A stretch of 32,000 nt of DNA from Candidatus Nanoarchaeia archaeon (GTDB lineage Archaea; Nanobdellota; Nanobdellia; Woesearchaeales; JANQNC01). How positions within the stretch are numbered: position 1 is the stretch's first letter; each line of letters starts with the position of its first letter. Location: assembly GCA_028279745.1 (NCBI GenBank), contig JANQNC010000001.1, positions 600,001 to 632,000 of the forward strand, read 5' to 3'. Positions 19,208 to 24,429 of this stretch are shown here, piece after piece. A program made the position numbers and the translations under genes. The notes under the pieces were generated by a model that saw only the letters and a list, made by a program, of their open reading frames with translations, had not been told where the DNA came from and did not search any database.

Positions 19208-20533
19208 TTAATTTGAATTCACCCCCCTAACTGCCCAGATCTCATTTTTACTGTCAGAGTAAGCAAGCTTAAACTTGTCACTCTTTTTCAATAAAAATAA
19301 AAGCCCTTCTTCATCTCTACTCCAGATAAGACCTTGCTTCATATCTTCAGTTATCCAGATATACTTTATGCTATTATCTTTTAGAATGTCTAAAGTCTGG
19401 TCTAAGTTTCTATTACTGAACATATTGCTTGAAACCGACTCCATCTTGTTGTTATCATCTGAAAAAGGTTTATTGGATGTATGATATGAAATCCAGAACC
19501 CATAGCTGTGGTGAGTCAAGATTGTGTTATTATCTGAGTTCTTGTTTAGCCAATCCAGTGATTCTAGGGCTTCTTTTGATGGTTCAGAAAAGGAGGTTCT
19601 GTGTATGTAAGAAAGTGATGAAAAAAGCAAACCAAAAATAACTGCAAGCATAGTCAAAGATTTAATCAAGTCTACAATATACTTTCTTTTCATTATTGAA
19701 GAGAACGCATAAGTAGAAAAGACGATTATGAAAATGTTAACAAATATAAAAACCCAGCTTGCAAAAAATAAAGCTGTGAGTGCAAGAATAAGCAAACAAA
19801 CATACGCAGGGTATAACTTAAGCTTGTGTTTACTTGCGATAAAAATACCTATTATGAACAACAATACAGTAAATATGCTGAACCCCAACCAAGAACCTAG
19901 GTCAGTTATCACTTCTGAAAGTATCAGTGAAAATGAAGACAGGTTATTTGTTGAGGGGATTGTGAAAGATTTAACAAGTGATGCAACAATCATGAAGATT
20001 ATCGAAGGAATTAAAATCTTTGAAAGCTTTCTATTGTAAAAAATAAGTGAAATTAGACATATTAAAATTATCAGGGTTTCTAAAGTTCCAAATAACGAAG
20101 AGGTTATGAGCAATAAAACAGACATGATGTTTAGCAGTTTGTTTTTTGATTGCAGCAACAATGTAGAAAGTAAAAACAAGAATAAAAGCATAGAGTGCGG
20201 TGTTGGAAATACTACACAATAAATCAATGCAGGGGATATTGCGAAAAATAAAGATGCAAGTAGTGAAAACTTAACATTTGCCTTGAACTTGATGAGTAAA
20301 CGGTAAAATATTATAACTGATAAGAATGTGAATATGAACGATAAGATGAAGGGGTTGATGAGTTGTGTTAAGAAAATGAAGGGGTTGTTAATATTGTAAA
20401 TGAGATGATAATAAGGATCTGAACCAGGGAACGACCCTTTAAAGATAATCGTTCTAATCATAACAGGGAATAACAAGATTATGAGTGAGATGGGTGTTAG
20501 TGCAAGTAATGCTTTTGAATTAGTCCACTTCAT
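19208..20533 (-). CDS. STT3/AglB-like GT-C membrane protein with a degenerate WWDYG motif (paralog A)
   Basis: The first-loop GSDPYYHLIYNI matches the AglB DPYYH motif. The C-terminal EALESLDWLNKNSDNNTILTHHSYGFWISYHTSNKP aligns with the AglB segment [19 protein letters not shown], but reads HHSYG where AglB has WWDFG. ATG 20533 forms an ATGA overlap with the upstream stop. The track used GTG at 20542. Confidence 0.55.
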   Translation of the reverse strand: MKWTNSKALLALTPISLIILLFPVMIRTIIFKGSFPGSDPYYHLIYNINNPFIFLTQLINPFILSFIFTFLSVIIFYRLLIKFKANVKFSLLASLFFAISPALIYCVVFPTPHSMLLFLFLLSTLLLQSKNKLLNIMSVLLLITSSLFGTLETLIILICLISLIFYNRKLSKILIPSIIFMIVASLVKSFTIPSTNNLSSFSLILSEVITDLGSWLGFSIFTVLLFIIGIFIASKHKLKLYPAYVCLLILALTALFFASWVFIFVNIFIIVFSTYAFSSIMKRKYIVDLIKSLTMLAVIFGLLFSSLSYIHRTSFSEPSKEALESLDWLNKNSDNNTILTHHSYGFWISYHTSNKPFSDDNNKMESVSSNMFSNRNLDQTLDILKDNSIKYIWITEDMKQGLIWSRDEEGLLFLLKKSDKFKLAYSDSKNEIWAVRGVNSN

Positions 20534-21981
20534 CCATAACACCCCACTTCGTAAATTAACACATTCTTATTGTAAACTTTTTCAAAACATTCAGAGTTAA
20601 GGTAATCTGGAGGCGTATCTTCCAGATATATGTAATCCACATCGTACTTAGCCAATAAATCTAAAGCTATTGTTTGGAACTTAGCATTGTATACTGTGTT
20701 GACATCATCTAATCTTATTTCTGCATCAGGTATGTTTAAAAAATTAGTATCAATAACATTTTTTCTATCTGCAATTGACGTGATAAGATGGCCTTTATGC
20801 ACATCAGCCAGAACTGTTGTGTTTTCTTCTGTGTTTTCACTTATCCATTCTAGCGCTTCAATAGTATCATCAGAAACAGAACTCTTAATGTTAAGATCCG
20901 AATAAACAAAAGATGGAATAACTGAATTGAATACAAAAATTATGAATATCAATATAGCAAATAAAGGGATCCTATTTGAAAACTTAGTCTTTGCAACATA
21001 TTTGAAAATAAAATTAAGACAAGGGCTTAATAATACTACTAGCGTGACTCCTAAAAATACTGCACCCAGTTCTGGTGTGAGCAGTTTGAAAAATAAAAGA
21101 AGGAAAATAGTTATTGCTAAAGATGTAAAAATGTAAACAGGTCTGCTTTTTTCCACAAAAAAGTATCTATATACTGAGTAAACTCCGCAAACAAAAGGGA
21201 TAATACCAATAAGAAGCATCAACTCTATCACATTTGCTGATGTGAAATACTGATTCAGGAGTAATTCAGGAATGTTTCTCCAGATTATTGATGCTCCACT
21301 TGCAAGGAACGCATCCTTGAAGAAAATGATGTATGCCCAAACAGATATGAAAATGAAGAACAGTATCGATTCTAATCTTGCTTCCTCAATCTTGACATCT
21401 TCAACTTTCGCCAGTATAAGATATATCCCTAAAGCTAAAGCAAGAATAGATGCAACAGGACTTATTAGTGCTAAGATAAAACAACCTATAACAAAAAAAG
21501 TTGAGTGCTTATTTATTTCTAAAAGCAGATAGACAAGCAAGAAGAAAAAAGGGATTAAGAGTGAAAGGGTTGAAACTTTGTTAATTGTTTCGGTGAGGTA
21601 GATTGGGATAAAAATAGATACAAAAGATGTGAAAAGAGATATGTTTTTGCTGTTCGTAATCCTTTTTGATAAAAGAAAAATTACTAAGACTAAGCTTGAA
21701 GCCAGGATGTTTGGAATTATCTTTCCAACTAACGTTATCGGCAAGAAAAGATTAAAGATGGCTAACAAGTAGTGGAATATAGGTAGGAACGATAAAGTCC
21801 TTCCCCCATAGCTCAAAGGGTCATCGTACAATGGGATAAAGTTTTCTTTTATGTTTTCTACCTGTCTTAAGTTAAAGTAAGCTTCATCCCCTGTGAATGA
21901 AGGAGTTTGGAAAGCAAAAAATAACCTAAAAGACAGAGCTATAACGAAGAAAAGAATCAACCATTTATACTCGGATTTCAT
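20530..21981 (-). CDS. STT3/AglB-like GT-C membrane protein with a degenerate WWDYG motif (paralog B)
   Basis: The N-terminal FTGDEAYFNLRQVENIKENFIPLYDDPLSYGGRTLSFLPIFHYLLAIF follows the AglB first-loop pattern. The C-terminal IEALEWISENTEENTTVLADVHKGHLITSIADRKNVIDTNF aligns with the WWDYG region but reads DVHKG. The C-terminal domain is clearly homologous to paralog A (LLAKYDVDYIYLEDT versus ILKDNSIKYIWITEDM). Confidence 0.55.
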   Translation of the reverse strand: MKSEYKWLILFFVIALSFRLFFAFQTPSFTGDEAYFNLRQVENIKENFIPLYDDPLSYGGRTLSFLPIFHYLLAIFNLFLPITLVGKIIPNILASSLVLVIFLLSKRITNSKNISLFTSFVSIFIPIYLTETINKVSTLSLLIPFFFLLVYLLLEINKHSTFFVIGCFILALISPVASILALALGIYLILAKVEDVKIEEARLESILFFIFISVWAYIIFFKDAFLASGASIIWRNIPELLLNQYFTSANVIELMLLIGIIPFVCGVYSVYRYFFVEKSRPVYIFTSLAITIFLLLFFKLLTPELGAVFLGVTLVVLLSPCLNFIFKYVAKTKFSNRIPLFAILIFIIFVFNSVIPSFVYSDLNIKSSVSDDTIEALEWISENTEENTTVLADVHKGHLITSIADRKNVIDTNFLNIPDAEIRLDDVNTVYNAKFQTIALDLLAKYDVDYIYLEDTPPDYLNSECFEKVYNKNVLIYEVGCYG

Positions 21982-22003
21982 ACTGGTTTGAGTTTCAGAA
22001 TCA

Positions 22004-22011
22004 TATATAAA
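22004..22011 (-). promoter_or_regulatory. TATA-box-like element (TTTATATA on the minus strand) for the 21981-15832 operon
   Basis: Centred about 26-27 bp upstream of ATG 21981. Confidence 0.45.
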
Positions 22012-22068
22012 TAGTGCGGAAACGGTTTATAAAACTTATAAATAGCTTCGGGAAGTGCTAAGATAAGC

Positions 22069-22076
22069 ATATAAAT
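22069..22076 (+). promoter_or_regulatory. TATA-box-like element (ATATAAAT) for radB
   Basis: Centred about 25-26 bp upstream of ATG 22098. Confidence 0.45.
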
Positions 22077-22097
22077 GAGTTAGAACACCTTATAATT

Positions 22098-22799
22098 ATG
22101 AAAGTAAGCTCAGGAAATGAAGCAATTGATAGATTATTGGAAGGGGGGGTTGAGACAGATGTGATAACTACTGTCTATGGGCCTGCTGGTTCAGGTAAGA
22201 CAAATATTGCTTTGATAATGGCAGTCAAAGCTGTTTCATCTGGCAAAAAAGTTGTGTTCATCGATACAGAAGGTGGTTTTTCTATTGAAAGGTTAAAACA
22301 GGTCTGCCATGACTATAAGAAAGTACTTGATCAGGTGTTGTTTTTCAAACCGACTTCATTCAAAGAACAAAATAATGCGATCGATAAGTTGAAAGGGATA
22401 CTTAATAATAAGATTGGGTTAGTAATAGTTGACTCAATTGCTCATCTGTATAGGATCGAGATGGCTGAAAAAGAAGCAATCTATTCTGTAAACAAAGCGA
22501 TGGGGAAGTCGATTGGGATATTGACTGAAGTTGCCAGACTGAATAAAGTTCCAGTTTTAGTTACAAATCAAGTTTATTCTGCATTTGATGAAAGAGAGAA
22601 AGTAAATATGGTGGGTGGAGATTTACTTAAGTATGGAAGCAAATGTTTAGTTGAGTTACAGAAAACACCTGAGGGCAATAGAAGGGCTGTTCTTAAGAAA
22701 CATCGGAGTCTTGCTGAAGAGAAAGACATCGTGTTTAGGATAGTCAATGATGGGATAAAGGTTACAAAAGAAGGTAAAGGTTTTGGTTTGTTTAAGTAG
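22098..22799 (+). CDS. radB: DNA repair and recombination protein RadB (RadA/RecA-family paralog without an N-terminal HhH domain)
   Basis: 233 aa. IDRLLEGGVETDVITTVYGPAGSGKTN contains Walker A, and LVIVDSI is Walker B. The short RecA-core-only size is typical of RadB. Confidence 0.8.
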   Translation: MKVSSGNEAIDRLLEGGVETDVITTVYGPAGSGKTNIALIMAVKAVSSGKKVVFIDTEGGFSIERLKQVCHDYKKVLDQVLFFKPTSFKEQNNAIDKLKGILNNKIGLVIVDSIAHLYRIEMAEKEAIYSVNKAMGKSIGILTEVARLNKVPVLVTNQVYSAFDEREKVNMVGGDLLKYGSKCLVELQKTPEGNRRAVLKKHRSLAEEKDIVFRIVNDGIKVTKEGKGFGLFK

Positions 22800-22808
22800 A
22801 GTTTGGGA

Positions 22809-23708
22809 TTATTTTGTTTTCGAATAACTGTTCTCGGATGTAATGTCTCTCCCCTTGTCTACGTGAGGTGTGAATTTGATATCAATCCATTTAGACTTAA
22901 CATTAATGGAACCATCAGGCATGTGTTTCACATAAGAATCTTTAGGAACGAACTGATTATCAAGATGGAATACTCCCCCTGTTGAATCTAAATACTGCTT
23001 CATATCATCAGTGAATTTATAACGAGTAACACCATGTTCAGAACAAATACCTGAACTGAAATCAACGCTGGAGTCTGCCTTCCTAACACGATTTAAGTTG
23101 ATTATTCCAGAAACCATGTCAACAACAGATACCCTTGCAGTATGTTTGCCTTTGAAAATAGAATGCATAACTTCAGAAGTCTCTTTTTGAGAATTATCAT
23201 GGTATGCCTCTCTAGCTTTTGTTTCAGGCATTTTAGATGCCTCCTGTTCAAATACCTCAGGATCGCAATGAATATGCCAACCTTCAACCCTTTTATTGCC
23301 CTTAGCTAACTTTGCCAGATAGTCTCTATCCACTAACACTTCAGCTCTTATAAAACTAGAGTGGTTGTACAATTTTTCACGATATCCAGTTTCATGCCAT
23401 TCTTTTTTGTCAGGCAAGTAGACCCAGTTTTCTTCAAGAGGCTGATTTAATAAAGTACGCATGTCTTGTATCCCTTCATCCATGCCTTTATTAACAACCT
23501 GCCGCGTTTTATTTTCAGTGTTTAACGCCAGCTTATCTACTAATTCATTATCACGTTTTGGGATTCTATACTCATAATATTTTATATAATTGTAAAGTTC
23601 TTTATGGGGAATTGGAACATTAGGAAATAACTTTTCTACTGCCATTGAGGCTCCAAAGTAATAAGATGCCACAACCCATGTCCAAAATAATTTCTTTTTG
23701 AATCCCAT
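22809..23708 (-). CDS. Hypothetical membrane-anchored protein of unknown function (299 aa)
   Basis: The N-terminal MGFKKKLFWTWVVASYYFGASMAV is a signal anchor. The rest is hydrophilic and His/Asp/Glu-rich (for example VEGWHIHCDPEVF). I place the start at ATG 23708, one nt after the stop of the upstream RHH gene. The track start at 23738 would overlap that gene. Confidence 0.55.
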   Translation of the reverse strand: MGFKKKLFWTWVVASYYFGASMAVEKLFPNVPIPHKELYNYIKYYEYRIPKRDNELVDKLALNTENKTRQVVNKGMDEGIQDMRTLLNQPLEENWVYLPDKKEWHETGYREKLYNHSSFIRAEVLVDRDYLAKLAKGNKRVEGWHIHCDPEVFEQEASKMPETKAREAYHDNSQKETSEVMHSIFKGKHTARVSVVDMVSGIINLNRVRKADSSVDFSSGICSEHGVTRYKFTDDMKQYLDSTGGVFHLDNQFVPKDSYVKHMPDGSINVKSKWIDIKFTPHVDKGRDITSENSYSKTK

Positions 23709-23709
23709 A

Positions 23710-23841
23710 TTATACTCCCAAAATCTCATTAACTGCAAATTCGATAGCGTGAGATTTATTTCTAAATACTCCTTTGCTGACTTGCTCTTTAATTCTAAAA
23801 AGGGTTTCAGTATCTATTGAAACGCATATTTTTTCCTTCAT
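23710..23841 (-). CDS. Ribbon-helix-helix (CopG/Arc/MetJ-type) DNA-binding protein, 43 aa; not in the supplied ORF track
   Basis: Hand translation gives MKEKICVSIDTETLFRIKEQVSKGVFRNKSHAIEFAVNEILGV. The pattern is a beta-strand (ICVSID), helix (ETLFRIKEQV), G-x turn, then helix (NKSHAIEFAVNEIL), as expected for an RHH fold. The stop TAA at 23712-23710 lies 1 nt from the ATG of the next gene. Confidence 0.6.
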   Translation of the reverse strand: MKEKICVSIDTETLFRIKEQVSKGVFRNKSHAIEFAVNEILGV

Positions 23842-23851
23842 ACAGGTATGA
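23838..23851. promoter_or_regulatory. Inverted repeat TCATAC-AG-GTATGA overlapping the RHH start codon (candidate auto-operator)
   Basis: 6-2-6 inverted repeat read directly from the sequence. It spans the ATG (23841-23839) and the expected leaderless transcription start. Confidence 0.3.
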
Positions 23852-23866
23852 CTAAGTATAACCTAT

Positions 23867-23874
23867 ATTTAAAT
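23867..23874 (-). promoter_or_regulatory. TATA-box-like element (ATTTAAAT, palindromic) for the RHH operon
   Basis: Centred about 29-30 bp upstream of ATG 23841. Confidence 0.4.
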
Positions 23875-23900
23875 CTTTTGTTTTTTAGCCACTTGCGAGT

Positions 23901-23938
23901 AGTAACATATAACTAGTTACTGCTGTTTATTACGTAAT
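23901..23938. repeat. Inverted repeat AGTAAC-N9-GTTACT (23901-23921) followed by the perfect 10-bp palindrome ATTACGTAAT (23929-23938)
   Basis: Read directly from the sequence in the divergent intergenic region. Function unknown; it could be an operator or a hairpin. Confidence 0.4.
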
Positions 23939-24139
23939 TCTATTCCCATTTAGGCACCAGATGTGTACCTATTATGTAGGTATTTTTACTTACAATTTGA
24001 GTTATTTTACTTACTAATTAAGTATATTTACTTATTTTGTAGGTTTTTTACCTACTTAGTAGGTTTAATTACTTACATAGTAGGACAAATACTTACATGG
24101 TAAGTCTTTTTTACTTACATAGTAAGTACAATAGAAAGT

Positions 24140-24147
24140 TTTATAAA
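24140..24147 (+). promoter_or_regulatory. TATA-box-like element (TTTATAAA), distal candidate promoter of the HTH/surface-protein operon
   Basis: It lies in the only 42-bp gap of the iteron array, 7 bp upstream of iteron 9. Confidence 0.35.
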
Positions 24148-24171
24148 GGATTAAACTTACAATGTAAGTTA

Positions 24172-24179
24172 TTATAAAT
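24172..24179 (+). promoter_or_regulatory. TATA-box-like element (TTATAAAT), proximal candidate promoter of the HTH/surface-protein operon
   Basis: It lies 8 bp upstream of iteron 10 and about 35 bp upstream of ATG 24211. Confidence 0.4.
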
Positions 24180-24210
24180 AAATAACAACTTACATAGTGA
24201 GTATTAAAAC

Positions 24211-24429
24211 ATGATGGATGAGTATGGGAACGAAATAGAGACTTCTAAAATATTTATACCTATCTCGATCTTCGAAGATAGAAGACTTTCTGCATTAGAA
24301 TCAATCGTTGAATATCTCAAAGAAAAAAGACATCTAACACTACACCAAATTGGAGTCATGCTCAACAGAGATGACAGAACAATCTGGACAACATACAACA
24401 GAGCAAAACAGAAGAGGAAGAAAAGATGA
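24211..24429 (+). CDS. Small helix-turn-helix DNA-binding protein (sigma-70 region 4/LuxR-like HTH), 72 aa
   Basis: LSALESIVEYLKEKRHLTLHQIGVMLNRDDRTIWTTYNRAKQKRKKR has the pattern helix, then HTH (LTLHQIGVMLNRDDRTIWT), then a basic tail. Its TGA overlaps the ATG of the next gene (ATGA at 24426-24429). Confidence 0.6.
   Translation: MMDEYGNEIETSKIFIPISIFEDRRLSALESIVEYLKEKRHLTLHQIGVMLNRDDRTIWTTYNRAKQKRKKR

Larger units (their letters stand above)
23967..24202. repeat. Array of ten 15-bp palindromic iterons, consensus ACTTAC-N3-GTAAGT
   Basis: Copies at 23967 ACCTATTATGTAGGT, 23988 ACTTACAATTTGAGT, 24009 ACTTACTAATTAAGT, 24030 ACTTATTTTGTAGGT, 24050 ACCTACTTAGTAGGT, 24071 ACTTACATAGTAGGA, 24091 ACTTACATGGTAAGT, 24113 ACTTACATAGTAAGT, 24155 ACTTACAATGTAAGT and 24188 ACTTACATAGTGAGT. 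Start-to-start spacings are 21, 21, 21, 20, 21, 20, 22, 42 and 33 bp. Confidence 0.85.

Noticed and set aside
12870-21532. Short ORFs opposite the ABC, MBF1, GT-C and GT2 genes (for example 12870-13070, 13476-13781, 14169-14417, 14671-14943, 15097-15279, 15348-15612, 16339-16575, 17598-17789, 18469-18741, 18890-19162, 19275-20219, 20687-21532)
   Set aside because: They are antisense or out-of-frame shadows of motif-supported genes, with no independent signals.
22803-23287. ORFs 22803-22985 (+) and 23102-23287 (-)
   Set aside because: They are embedded in, and out of frame or antisense to, the 299-aa minus-strand ORF. They have no start context or motifs.
23250-23300. GWHIHCDP in the 299-aa protein as a JAMM/MPN (GW-x-H-x-H-P) or other HxH metalloenzyme motif
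   Set aside because: The register differs from the JAMM consensus (E...H-S/T-H-x7-S-x2-D). The expected upstream Glu spacing and downstream Ser-x-x-Asp are not evident. I keep it only as a possible metal-binding hint.
23848-23916. A 22-codon plus-strand ORF (ATGACTAAG...) in the divergent intergenic region
   Set aside because: It is too short, has no recognisable features, and overlaps the predicted RHH promoter. It is most likely chance.
23967-24202. Possible CRISPR array
   Set aside because: The repeats are only 15 bp and separated by about 6-bp spacers, far below CRISPR repeat and spacer sizes. The units are themselves palindromic operator-like sites, and no cas genes are present.
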